Positions 46,250 through 55,616 of a stretch of 64,000 nt of DNA are shown in pieces. A program made the translations under genes and the position numbers. The notes beneath the pieces are model-generated. The model had not been told where the DNA came from and did not search any database. It was given only the letters and a program-made list of their open reading frames with translations. The first letter of the stretch is position 1, and every line of letters begins with the position of its first letter. The DNA comes from Candidatus Peribacteria bacterium (GTDB taxonomy: Bacteria; Patescibacteriota; Gracilibacteria; Peribacterales; Peribacteraceae), in the NCBI GenBank assembly GCA_943355155.1, contig CALREJ010000002.1, positions 11,910 to 75,909 on the forward strand, in the 5' to 3' direction.

Positions 46250-46996
46250 ATGTCTACGATCTACATCCTCTGGCTCAGGCAACTGAAACGCTACTCGCGG
46301 TCGAAAGCCCGTATGATCGGATCACTCGGACAACCGCTCCTCTTCCTCGTCGCGCTCGGCTACGGGTTCGGGCCGATTTACGAGAAAGCCGGTCAGGGAA
46401 ATTACATCGATTTCATCGCACCGGGCGTCATCGCCATGAGCATCCTCTTCACCGCGGTCTTCAGCGGAATCGAAATCATTTGGGACCGGCAGTTTGGATT
46501 TTTGAAGGAAACACTTGTTGCGCCCGTGTCGCGAACGACGATCATGATCGGACGCACATTGGGAGGTGCCACCGTCGCAATGATCCAAGGCATCATCATT
46601 TTCCTCATCACCTTGCTCATCGGCTTTCGACCCGAAAGCCTCGCACTACTTCCTGTCGCCTTCGTCTTCATGGCACTCATTGCGATCATGTTCACGGCGC
46701 TCGGCACGGCAATCGCGTGCGTGCTGGAAGATATGCAGGCTTTTCCGCTCATCATGAATTTCCTCGTTATGCCGCTCTTTTTCCTGAGTGGCGCGATGTT
46801 CCCGCTGAAAGACCTCCCCGGCCCCATCGCCGTCCTCACGCGCCTTGACCCGATGTCCTACGGCGTCGACGGTCTGCGCGGCGCCCTGATTGGGATGATG
46901 GAATTTGGGTACGCAACGGATCTCGCTGTTCTCGTCATCATTTCAGCAATTCTGCTCGCGATCGGATCGTGGCTGTTTTCGAGAATACAGGTTTAG
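46250..46996 (+). CDS. ABC-2 type transporter permease
   Basis: Six hydrophobic helices. It lies immediately downstream of the ATPase gene. Confidence 0.85.
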   Translation: MSTIYILWLRQLKRYSRSKARMIGSLGQPLLFLVALGYGFGPIYEKAGQGNYIDFIAPGVIAMSILFTAVFSGIEIIWDRQFGFLKETLVAPVSRTTIMIGRTLGGATVAMIQGIIIFLITLLIGFRPESLALLPVAFVFMALIAIMFTALGTAIACVLEDMQAFPLIMNFLVMPLFFLSGAMFPLKDLPGPIAVLTRLDPMSYGVDGLRGALIGMMEFGYATDLAVLVIISAILLAIGSWLFSRIQV

Positions 46997-47028
46997 GAAC
47001 TAGGAGCTAGGAGCTAGCTTCTAAAAGG
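46994..47028. repeat. Five tandem heptamers each starting with a stop triplet (TAGGAAC TAGGAGC TAGGAGC TAGCTTC TAAAAGG)
   Basis: The first TAG is the permease stop. 47002-47019 is the exact reverse complement of 18416-18433. Confidence 0.85.
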
Positions 47029-47081
47029 AAATCCCTTTTCATCAATTGATACATACAGAAACAATCTGGTACGGTCTTCGC

Positions 47082-47549
47082 ATGAAAAAAGCTCTTCCTC
47101 TTTTTGGTCTACTCCTCCTTTGCGCCTGTTCCAGTGACCCGAACATGCGGCATGTGACGAGTGCGGGGAATTATTCAAATAAAGACGCACACATGTCGAT
47201 GAGTTTTCCGAAAGGTTGGGAAGTGAAGATCATCGATGAAGTGCCGAACCAATACAAAGTGGAGCGGATGTTTGGAAAAGAAGGTGGCGTGCAGGTGACG
47301 TGGGGACAAAAAGTGGGAGGTGTGTGTATCGAGAACGGCAAGAAAAAGGAAATGGAATCGATGAAAATCAGCGGCCGCGATATGCAGGTCTGTCATACGG
47401 TCAATGATGACGGCACCGAAAACTGGAAGCTGATCAGCTGGGGAGATTTGAAAACAGGAGGAAGTATCGATGCCTATGCCAATAAGCCATCCGCAGAGAA
47501 CCGGCAGATGGTGCTGGATGCGCTTGAGAGTGTGAGGATTAGCCAATAA
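47082..47549 (+). CDS. Putative lipoprotein, function unknown
   Basis: MKKALPLFGLLLLCACSS (signal peptide plus lipobox). Confidence 0.6.
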   Translation: MKKALPLFGLLLLCACSSDPNMRHVTSAGNYSNKDAHMSMSFPKGWEVKIIDEVPNQYKVERMFGKEGGVQVTWGQKVGGVCIENGKKKEMESMKISGRDMQVCHTVNDDGTENWKLISWGDLKTGGSIDAYANKPSAENRQMVLDALESVRISQ

Positions 47550-48327
47550 TCATCCAAAACACTGCAGCCACCATCACCCGATACACTCCAAACACAATAA
47601 ACGTATGTTTTTGAATGTATTTGAGGAGCCACTTGATGGCGACAATCGCGACGAGGAAGGAGACGACAAATCCTACTGCGAGCATACCATACTCACTTGA
47701 GGAAAATGATGATCCACTCTTGAGCAGATCAAGCACGCTTGCCGCGAGCATCGTCGGCACTGCGAGGAGAAAGGAAAAATCAACGATGGTTTTTCGGCTG
47801 ATGCCGAGGGACATGCCTCCGAGGATCGTCGCGGCACTGCGGGAAACCCCCGGCACAATTGCGAGCGATTGAGCGCAACCGATGAGTACAGCTTGTGGGT
47901 AAGAAATGCTTTCCATCGTCGCAGTTGCAGATGATTTTTCTTTGTGAAACATCTCGAAGGCAATCAGGATAAGACCTCCGATGAATAATGCACCGAGGAT
48001 CATCTGTTCATTTTCAAAGAACGACTTCACGGCTTTATGAAGAAGAAAACCGATGATCGCTGTGGGGATGAATGCGACGATCACGCGCTTGAGTGCTTCG
48101 ATATTTTGAAACAGTGTTTTCCAATACAAAACAACCACCGCCAATATTGCGCCCAGTTGAATCACGATCTCAAACGTCACCTGAAATTTAGATTGAGGAA
48201 GCTTGAGGAGATCGGCTGTGAGAATGAGGTGTGCGGTCGATGAGATCGGCAGAAATTCCGTGACCCCTTCGACGATGCCGAAGATGATAGAGTGGAGGAG
48301 GGTCATGAAATGATAATACTCGTTCAA
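47539..48327 (-). CDS. uppP: Undecaprenyl-diphosphate phosphatase
   Basis: GIVEGVTEFLPISSTAHL and PGVSRSAATILGG. Confidence 0.9.
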   Translation of the reverse strand: MNEYYHFMTLLHSIIFGIVEGVTEFLPISSTAHLILTADLLKLPQSKFQVTFEIVIQLGAILAVVVLYWKTLFQNIEALKRVIVAFIPTAIIGFLLHKAVKSFFENEQMILGALFIGGLILIAFEMFHKEKSSATATMESISYPQAVLIGCAQSLAIVPGVSRSAATILGGMSLGISRKTIVDFSFLLAVPTMLAASVLDLLKSGSSFSSSEYGMLAVGFVVSFLVAIVAIKWLLKYIQKHTFIVFGVYRVMVAAVFWMIIG

Positions 48328-48346
48328 AAAAAATGTGTCACATTGT

Positions 48347-48437
48347 GTGTCATCCTGAGTGAAAACGTTTCAATCCTTCGATACATTTTTTGCTCGAGCA
48401 AAAAACACTCAGGATGACACGTTTTTGTATCGAAGGA
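48347..48437. repeat. Interleaved inverted repeats (15-bp pair A/A', 11-bp pair B/B', central 20-nt palindrome)
   Basis: A is GTGTCATCCTGAGTG (48347-48361) and A' is CACTCAGGATGACAC (48406-48420). B is TCCTTCGATAC (48374-48384) and B' is GTATCGAAGGA (48427-48437). The palindrome is TTTTTTGCTCGAGCAAAAAA (48386-48405). Confidence 0.8.
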
Positions 48438-48438
48438 C

Positions 48439-49887
48439 TCACTCCTCCACCGCCCCCGTCCCAATCATCTGAAATGGCCGGTACTTGAAATCTTTCCCGA
48501 TCACAATCCGCACACTTCCGGTTCCCGTCGTATCACTCACTTTTTGTGTGGATACTGTTTGGATATTCAAATAGTTTTTGAAAAAATACGCGAGGGGCTT
48601 GTCTTTCCTCTCTCGGTAGGTGATGTACGAATTTTCAAGAAGCGGCACTTTGGTTTTGGGCACAGGAGGTTTGATTTTCGGGCTTGGCACAGTGACAAAT
48701 CCATAGCGACGTATTTCGTTCAAAAGCCGATAGGCAGCGAGAGATTGATTGGATGCATCCACTGTTTGCACTTCGCTGTCACTGAAGTAGATCTCGGGGT
48801 GATGCAAAAGAAACCAGACGTATGTCCGAATCTGTTTCCAGCCGGTTGGGTCTTTGTCGGTCGTAACGGGAAGCAGAACATTCGCACCTTCGTACTGAGC
48901 ACTGTCCGCTGAATACAAAAATCCGCCCGCTTTCGCATCGGCATTGTCTCCTCCGTAATTGAAATTGATCTGCATCATGAGCACATTTTCCTGCGATAAA
49001 CTCGTGATGAGCTGCGCAAGGCCGAGGAGCTGCACAGTTTTCAGATTCGTCTGCACGTGTTTCGTCACACTCTTATAGAACGAAGTCACAAATCCCAGTT
49101 GCTGAAATCTATTCATCGAACGCACTTTTTCTTCGAGCGCGCGAATAAGTTGCTGCTGACGAACCGAGCGATCGAAATCGGTACCGGAGTGACGGCTGCG
49201 TGCAAATTTCAGAGCTGTCTCGCCATCGAGATGTTGCGGGCCTTTGGTCAGCTTGAAGAGTCCTGTGACCCCCTCTTTGACAGGATAAGAGTAATCGACA
49301 ATATCCTTACTCACCACAACGTCGACCCCCCCGAGCGCGTCAACCGCCTCTACGACTGTCGTAAAATCTACGATCAGTACCCCATGAATCTCAACTTCAA
49401 ACTTGCGACTCATTTCGGCAGCGGTATCGCGAATCGCAATCTGGATAACATCCGCTTCCTCCATTTTTTTGTACTTCGCACGGGTCTGTGCTTTTGCAGA
49501 TGAGTACAGTGTATTGATGCGTCCGTTTCTCAGAGTTTTGTTGCCGGTAAGGTAAAGATCGCGCGGAATGGAAAGCAAAACAATGCTTTGCTTCGCAGAA
49601 TCTATGCTCGCGATCATCATGGTATCTGTTAAATCCGCCGCATCGTGATCTTTGTCACCGACTCCGAGGAGAAGAATATTCGTAAGCCCGCTGCTGTCTC
49701 GCTTGGGCGCAGCGCCCATCACAGAAACCGCCGTGCGAATGGCAAATGTCCGGAGAGTTGAAAAAGAAACAATTGCGATGCTCAGAATGAGCAAAAGAAA
49801 GATCCCCGCACAAAGCACGCCGATCACGCGAAGCACGTACCGCTTTTTTTTCGGAACCGGAGGTGGAGCTTGAGTCGGATACGTCAT
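48439..49887 (-). CDS. LytR-CpsA-Psr (LCP) family cell-envelope phosphotransferase
   Basis: N-terminal TM helix, then NILLLGVGDKDHDAADLTDTMMIASID and LSIPRDLY. Confidence 0.85.
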   Translation of the reverse strand: MTYPTQAPPPVPKKKRYVLRVIGVLCAGIFLLLILSIAIVSFSTLRTFAIRTAVSVMGAAPKRDSSGLTNILLLGVGDKDHDAADLTDTMMIASIDSAKQSIVLLSIPRDLYLTGNKTLRNGRINTLYSSAKAQTRAKYKKMEEADVIQIAIRDTAAEMSRKFEVEIHGVLIVDFTTVVEAVDALGGVDVVVSKDIVDYSYPVKEGVTGLFKLTKGPQHLDGETALKFARSRHSGTDFDRSVRQQQLIRALEEKVRSMNRFQQLGFVTSFYKSVTKHVQTNLKTVQLLGLAQLITSLSQENVLMMQINFNYGGDNADAKAGGFLYSADSAQYEGANVLLPVTTDKDPTGWKQIRTYVWFLLHHPEIYFSDSEVQTVDASNQSLAAYRLLNEIRRYGFVTVPSPKIKPPVPKTKVPLLENSYITYRERKDKPLAYFFKNYLNIQTVSTQKVSDTTGTGSVRIVIGKDFKYRPFQMIGTGAVEE

Positions 49888-49967
49888 AGATCTTCTTGAG
49901 GCAAAAGTGTAGCGGAGTTGCTTCTCAGAGGCTTGTAATTTTTCAAAAATTTGTGTACGAACTGTCT

Positions 49968-51755
49968 ATGACTCTCTCCACATTTTCCCTGAAAAGGATC
50001 CACGCACCTGTCAAAAACTATGCACTGATTGTAGTAGTGCTTGTCGCAAGTTATATCTTTTCCAGACTCACAGCGCCTCTTCTCGGCACATCTGCCGAGC
50101 AAGGACAGATGTCCCTTCTCATCGCTTTTTTTGAAATCGGCATTGTGTGTATCGGTGGATTTCTCGTGTTTGAATTGGCAAAACCGACGGTGATTCCTTC
50201 CTTCGTGCTCGCTATTTTTATCGGGATGATCGAGCGGGAATCGCTCAGTCCGATTATTCAAAACACATCTATCCTCACTATTCTGACGACGCTCGGCGCA
50301 TCATTTATTTTATTCGGCGGCGGTCTCGACACACCGTTCGCACGCTTCAAAAAATTAGTCGGACCCATTCTCTCCATCGCATTTGTGGGGACACTGATCA
50401 CCGCGGCACTCTTTTCTATCATCTTTACGGCATCAGCCGAGTGGTTTCAGTTGTCGATATCCGTGGGGGCCATTGTTCTTTTGGGGGCAGCCCTCTCCTC
50501 CACCGATCCGGCGGCGATCATTCCAAGTTTAAAAAGTCTGGTGTTTCCAAACCCGCGCATCAAAGACATCGCGATCAGTGAAAGTGCCATCAATGACGTG
50601 GTAGGCGCAGTCCTCACGGGAGTCTTTCTGACAATCCTCACCACACAGAATGTCATACCCGCGTCAATTGCGGATATGTACGGACATCTGCTCAATCCGG
50701 AAACCGCCATCGATGTCTTGTATGAACTCCTCGTCGGCTGCGCAGTCGGTTTTTTTGGATTCGTTATTCTCCATTTTTGGAGCAAGTGGAAGGCGCGTCT
50801 CGGGGAAAGCGGCGACGCGGATGCGGCATTATTCCTTGCCATCCCTGTCCTTTGTTTTCTCGTCGCTACCGTTCTCCATGGCAGTGGCTTTCTTGCGGTG
50901 TTCATTGCAGGGCTTCTTTTTCAGTTGGAGCAACATGTCTCGCACGTCGAACACTATTTCGTCCACACGATTGAAGGACTTATGAAGCCGCTGATTTTTT
51001 TGCTGCTCGGAGCGAGTGTCGACGTCCACGCACTCATGCAAGTGATGGTTCCGGGAATTGTGATGGGCATTCTTTTCATGTTCGTCATCCGTCCCATCGC
51101 AGTCTTTCTTTCACTCTCTGTATTTATGAGAGGCAAACATGCTCTGAGTGTACGCGAACTCCTCTTTCTTTCTTTCGTCCGTGAAACAGGCGTGATCCCC
51201 GCTGTGCTCATTATCGGCATGGGTGTTTCCGGTATTCAGGGAATCGAGACGGCATCACTGATCGGACTCTGGGTGATCTTACTCACGCTCATCGTCGAAC
51301 CGCCACTGACCCCCCTCGTCGCACGCATTCTCAAGGTTGCACACAATATGCCCGCATACAAGAAGCAGGACTTCACAGGACCGACGGCTATTCTTTGTTC
51401 GCGTGGACGATCATTTCTTGAGCGCACGGACGCTGTAATCGAGTGGCTCGATCTCCACGGCATGACACGCATGCAGGTCCTGCACTGTCCGGAGGGCAAA
51501 TTTAACGATACCGAATTGAAGCGCATCCGTGCGGAAGCAGATACGCTGTTTGCAGCCATCAACAAAACACGCCTCAAAGAGCACAAAAACCCCATTCAGT
51601 TTTCCTTCCTCGAACGTGAGGGATTGCTGGAAAGCAATATTGAATCCTTGGTGCAAAACGAGCAGATTTCGATCATTTTCGTAGGAACAAAAATGCTCGA
51701 TTACAGACTGGAAGATGTGAAAAATTTGCGCGTGCCGTTTGTATTTTTGTCGTAA
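49968..51755 (+). CDS. Na+/H+ (cation/proton) antiporter, CPA1-like, with a soluble C-terminal domain
   Basis: About 12 hydrophobic helices, LSSTDPAAI, and a C-terminal cytosolic region of about 150 aa. Confidence 0.8.
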   Translation: MTLSTFSLKRIHAPVKNYALIVVVLVASYIFSRLTAPLLGTSAEQGQMSLLIAFFEIGIVCIGGFLVFELAKPTVIPSFVLAIFIGMIERESLSPIIQNTSILTILTTLGASFILFGGGLDTPFARFKKLVGPILSIAFVGTLITAALFSIIFTASAEWFQLSISVGAIVLLGAALSSTDPAAIIPSLKSLVFPNPRIKDIAISESAINDVVGAVLTGVFLTILTTQNVIPASIADMYGHLLNPETAIDVLYELLVGCAVGFFGFVILHFWSKWKARLGESGDADAALFLAIPVLCFLVATVLHGSGFLAVFIAGLLFQLEQHVSHVEHYFVHTIEGLMKPLIFLLLGASVDVHALMQVMVPGIVMGILFMFVIRPIAVFLSLSVFMRGKHALSVRELLFLSFVRETGVIPAVLIIGMGVSGIQGIETASLIGLWVILLTLIVEPPLTPLVARILKVAHNMPAYKKQDFTGPTAILCSRGRSFLERTDAVIEWLDLHGMTRMQVLHCPEGKFNDTELKRIRAEADTLFAAINKTRLKEHKNPIQFSFLEREGLLESNIESLVQNEQISIIFVGTKMLDYRLEDVKNLRVPFVFLS

Positions 51756-51815
51756 GAGTAGGTAAAGATAGAGAAGCACAGAACGTAAAATGCGCAAGAG
51801 ATACCTCCTCTGTGC

Positions 51816-52241
51816 ATGATACAATCCGGTACAGAACGTTCCCCCTTCCCCATGGACTTCATCATACACTTCTTTGACCCACTTCAGGATTTCCATCACG
51901 TGGCGCTTCTGCTGCTGCGCGTCGTGATTGCGGCGATTTTCATCGCACACGGACCGAGAAAGCTGCGCGGAAAATCATGGTTCATGCGTTTCATAGGCGT
52001 CATGGAAACGATCGGCGGCTTGGCACTGATCTTTGGTTTCCTCACACAATTTGCCTCACTGGGACTCAGCATCATCATGTTCGGCGCACTCTACAAAAAA
52101 TTGTTTGAGTGGAACACTCCCTTTGCATCCACCGAAAAAATGGGATGGGAATTTGACCTCTTGATCCTCACTGGATGCTTGTTTCTCATGATCTACACAG
52201 GAGGCACGCTGAGCGTGGACTACGAAATGTTTGGAATCTGA
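51816..52241 (+). CDS. DoxX family membrane protein
   Basis: LLLLRVVIAAIFIAHGPRKL and a four-helix layout. Confidence 0.7.
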   Translation: MIQSGTERSPFPMDFIIHFFDPLQDFHHVALLLLRVVIAAIFIAHGPRKLRGKSWFMRFIGVMETIGGLALIFGFLTQFASLGLSIIMFGALYKKLFEWNTPFASTEKMGWEFDLLILTGCLFLMIYTGGTLSVDYEMFGI

Positions 52242-52257
52242 TTTCCCCCGTTCTGCG

Positions 52258-52515
52258 ATGCCGGTAAAAGAAAAAGAAAATGCCAAGGACGCCACACTTC
52301 AGATTCTCACGGAAATGCGAGATCTGCAGCGCGAGCAAAACGCCATGCTCAAGACTGCGACAGATATGATTTTCCATACGACAAAAGCACAGCGTCGCGA
52401 CAAAGTCATCAAGATTATTTTCTACAGCCTTATCATCGCCTTCAGCATTGTCTCCACCTACTACTTCTACAGTACGATTGGAAATACATTGAGTGGCGTG
52501 GCAGGATTTCAGTAA
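52258..52515 (+). CDS. Small protein with a C-terminal TM helix, unknown function
   Basis: MPVKEKENAKD...KVIKIIFYSLIIAFSIVSTYYFY. Confidence 0.4.
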   Translation: MPVKEKENAKDATLQILTEMRDLQREQNAMLKTATDMIFHTTKAQRRDKVIKIIFYSLIIAFSIVSTYYFYSTIGNTLSGVAGFQ

Positions 52516-52536
52516 GTTTTGATCCTTTCTTTTCCT

Positions 52537-52953
52537 ATGTCCATCATCAAAGAATTTCGTGAGTTTGCCCTAAGGGGCAGCGTCGTCGACCTCGCCGTCG
52601 GTGTGATCATCGGTACGTCGTTTGGGAAAATGATCACGTCACTGGTCAATGATGTCGTGATGCCTCCGATCATAAAACTCGGCAGTGGTGTGAATTTTTC
52701 GGGCCTCTTCATCGACCTCTCGGGAAAGGGATTTACCAACCTCAAGGAAGCGCAAGATGCCGGTGCCGTCACGCTGAATTACGGACTGTTCCTAAACACC
52801 ATCCTCGACTTCATCGTCGTATCTTTCTGTGTATTTATCATTGTAAAAGAAATGAATCGTTTCCGTCGCACTGCTCCTGCTCTCCCTGCGGGTCCTACAG
52901 AAGCAGAACTTCTCACGGAGATTCGGGATTTATTGAAGAAAAAATCTCACTGA
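52537..52953 (+). CDS. mscL: Large-conductance mechanosensitive channel
   Basis: MSIIKEFREFALRGSVVDLAVGVIIGTSFGKMITSLVNDVVMPPI. Confidence 0.92.
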   Translation: MSIIKEFREFALRGSVVDLAVGVIIGTSFGKMITSLVNDVVMPPIIKLGSGVNFSGLFIDLSGKGFTNLKEAQDAGAVTLNYGLFLNTILDFIVVSFCVFIIVKEMNRFRRTAPALPAGPTEAELLTEIRDLLKKKSH

Positions 52954-52955
52954 AT

Positions 52956-53447
52956 CTATTCATCATCACTTTTAACACCAATACCTCTTTCTTTTCTTCT
53001 TTTTGCTTTTCGCTCTTTTATACGCTGCAACTCATCAGGTAAATATACATTCCCACCATGATTACTCCGCCCCGCTCTCACTAACATTCCTTGTGCACAT
53101 AATCTCGCCATTTCTGTTTCTTGAGTAATTCCTGCTTGCACTTCTTCAAATTGCTGCCATCTATGCGCAACAACATATAATGGCTGTGCCTCTCCATTTA
53201 GGTTTGCGGTCTTAACAGCAGCTCTGAATGTATCGGGGGTTTTATATCGTGGTTTTACTATTTCAATCACTCTCTGAAGAGCAGCTGATACATTCGACCT
53301 ATGAACATGTATTTTTTCACCTCTTATCTGATTATCCGGAGTACAAATCAACCTGCAATCACTCATGAAAGGGGCTGTAAGAATTTCCCGTAGTGGATGA
53401 ATCGCCGCACCAACCTCTCCAAATGTCTCAAATTCTTGTAGTTTCAT
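52956..53447 (-). CDS. Hypothetical protein (163 aa), AT-rich, basic C-terminus
   Basis: Clean ORF with no recognisable motif. Confidence 0.5.
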   Translation of the reverse strand: MKLQEFETFGEVGAAIHPLREILTAPFMSDCRLICTPDNQIRGEKIHVHRSNVSAALQRVIEIVKPRYKTPDTFRAAVKTANLNGEAQPLYVVAHRWQQFEEVQAGITQETEMARLCAQGMLVRAGRSNHGGNVYLPDELQRIKERKAKRRKERGIGVKSDDE

Positions 53448-53596
53448 ACTAACATCCTAGTATATTAGTATCATGTGTCAATAAAACGAGTCGAGACAAG
53501 AATTCAAATCCCCTTTCCTTCCCACAAAAAAATCCCTACTATTTTTGCGTTTGCTGCGCTATTCGATAAACCAGCAAGATCACTTCCCAGTACCAC

Positions 53597-54355
53597 ATGT
53601 CCTTCTCTCAAACGCTCATTCTTGGAGCAATCTCCGGACTTACCATTCTCCTTGGCATGCCACTCGCAAGGTTGCGCGCAGTGTCCAAAGGGCATCAATC
53701 TTTTCTGAACGCGCTCGCCATCGGCGTGCTTTTCTTTTTGTTCGTCGATGTCATGGAACATACGTTCGAACCTGTGGAGCATGCACTGGAGGAAGGAAGT
53801 TCTGTTTTCGCACTCTTTCTTTTTGTCCTGATCCTTGGATTTTCCGTAGGTCTCATGAGCCTCGTCTACTACGGACGCAATGCCATGCGAAAAGAACGTG
53901 AAATTTCACCGGAACAATTGGCACTCCTCATCGCCGTCGGCATCGGACTGCATAATTTTTCAGAAGGCCTCGCGATCGGAAATAGCGCCGTGCAGGGTGA
54001 ACTGAAATTGGCGCTTCTCCTGATAGTCGGATTCGGACTCCATAACATCACCGAAGCATTCGGCATCGCCGCTCCCCTCGCCGGTCGCAAAGTCTCGTGG
54101 AAATTCTTGTTTCTGGCTGGGCTAATTGGTGGTGGCCCAAACCTCATCGGCACGCTGATCGGGTACCGGTACAACTCCGAAATTCTCTCCGTCCTCTTCC
54201 TCGCACTCGCTGCCGGCGCCATCGTGTATGTGATCGGCGAACTTCTCGCAATCGGCAGACGCTTTGAAGCGCACGCTTGGAACGGCTGGGGCATCACCAT
54301 TGGCTTCTTTCTGGGACTGACGACGGATTTGGTGTTGGTAGCGGTGGGGGCGTGA
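53597..54355 (+). CDS. ZIP family divalent-metal (zinc) transporter
   Basis: GLHNFSEGLAIG and GLHNITEAFG paired motifs. Confidence 0.85.
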   Translation: MSFSQTLILGAISGLTILLGMPLARLRAVSKGHQSFLNALAIGVLFFLFVDVMEHTFEPVEHALEEGSSVFALFLFVLILGFSVGLMSLVYYGRNAMRKEREISPEQLALLIAVGIGLHNFSEGLAIGNSAVQGELKLALLLIVGFGLHNITEAFGIAAPLAGRKVSWKFLFLAGLIGGGPNLIGTLIGYRYNSEILSVLFLALAAGAIVYVIGELLAIGRRFEAHAWNGWGITIGFFLGLTTDLVLVAVGA

Positions 54356-54444
54356 GACATTGAAAACTATGTCAGTTTGGCTATACTCTCAGCCTTGCCT
54401 CGGCGAAGCTCAAAGAGCGAAGCTGGGTCGATCATTCTTTCCAC

Positions 54445-54519
54445 GGCCTCATCGTCTAACGGTTAGGACACGAGATTCTCATTCTCGTAATCGGGGTTCG
54501 ATTCCCCGTGAGGCTGCCA
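54445..54519 (+). tRNA. tRNA-Glu (anticodon CTC), CCA encoded
   Basis: Manual cloverleaf: GGCCTCA/TGAGGCT, GTCT..GGAC, CGAGA-TTCTCAT-TCTCG, CGGGG-TTCGATT-CCCCG. Confidence 0.85.
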
Positions 54520-54534
54520 CATTTTCTTGAGTTT

Positions 54535-55578
54535 ATGAGCCAATCTGCTGAATACGTTTCACTCACTGAAGTATGGGTTCTCGAGGGCAAGGTTGATGTC
54601 CCAGTGGACTTGAGGCCCGAAGGTAGCTTAAATACCGCAAAAAGGACTGGCTTTATGTTAGATTTCAGCTCAGGAGATGGAGATGGCTTCATCGAAGTAC
54701 GAGCTTTGGATATAGACCGTGCAAATGATTCTGCTTGGTGGTCTAAACATGAGCCTATCATCTTTGATTTTCGATGCAGTATAATAGCTTCTAAGCCCCA
54801 AGAGGCATGGCTTCGCGCAAATGATTTTCTGCAGCAAATGCTTGACCGTATAACTTTTTGGGCAGGCTCACCACTTTCACTCATTTCGATTGATTTTCTT
54901 TACAATGAATCTGAACTTGAGGCTTGTAAGAAAAATATTCTTACTTCGTACAGCTGGCAAACCAATGGTATTTCTACTCGAAGAACAACTCCATTTTTAA
55001 ATCCACATTTAATCCCCACTCTTCGTCCTACCGAAAGAGCAAAGAAATCTCTCCGGTGGTTCCGAAAATCAATGACTTTTGAGCGACCTGAGGATCAATT
55101 TCTAGGATATTTCATCTCACTTGAGTGTATATCTAATGATGTGAAGGAATCAGCCAAGATTACTCCAAAATGTAAGCAATGTGATGCTGAATTAGAATCT
55201 TTCCAATCCAATGTAGAGGGAATTAAACATGTCATTTCTTTGCACAAAGATTTACCCAAAGATCTATTTAATCGTTTACGAAAGATGCGATCTAGCATTG
55301 CCCATGGAAGCAATATTGATACATTGAATCAGGAAATTGGTATTCTTCTTCCTATCCTTCAGAAGCTTGCGGCAGAGGCCATTGTTTTGTCTCTTAAAGC
55401 TGATCCAAACACTGTTCGGATATCGAATACACTTGCTAACGATATGCTAGTTTTTGGCAATACACCCTATTCAGCCGATCAAAATCCACATATGAAATGG
55501 GGATGTTCCATAGAGGTAGCACGTACAAAATATCAACAAAAGCGACCTGACGAAAACGCTTATCAAGCGACTAAATAA
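54535..55578 (+). CDS. HEPN-like (Rx4H) protein, putative defence/abortive-infection RNase (tentative)
   Basis: 347-aa ORF starting 15 nt after the tRNA-Glu. The C-terminal helical region carries LRKMRSSIAHGS (R-x4-H), preceded by YFISLECIS. The DNA is AT-rich. Confidence 0.5.
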   Translation: MSQSAEYVSLTEVWVLEGKVDVPVDLRPEGSLNTAKRTGFMLDFSSGDGDGFIEVRALDIDRANDSAWWSKHEPIIFDFRCSIIASKPQEAWLRANDFLQQMLDRITFWAGSPLSLISIDFLYNESELEACKKNILTSYSWQTNGISTRRTTPFLNPHLIPTLRPTERAKKSLRWFRKSMTFERPEDQFLGYFISLECISNDVKESAKITPKCKQCDAELESFQSNVEGIKHVISLHKDLPKDLFNRLRKMRSSIAHGSNIDTLNQEIGILLPILQKLAAEAIVLSLKADPNTVRISNTLANDMLVFGNTPYSADQNPHMKWGCSIEVARTKYQQKRPDENAYQATK

Positions 55579-55616
55579 ATTTAGGAAGATTAAATTCAAA
55601 AGCTTTCCAAAAAGTT

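Noticed and set aside
1457-47028. Whether the short tandem repeats could be CRISPR arrays
   Set aside because: The units are 7 nt and contiguous, without spacers. Each array spans 20-35 nt, and no cas genes are present. This is not CRISPR.
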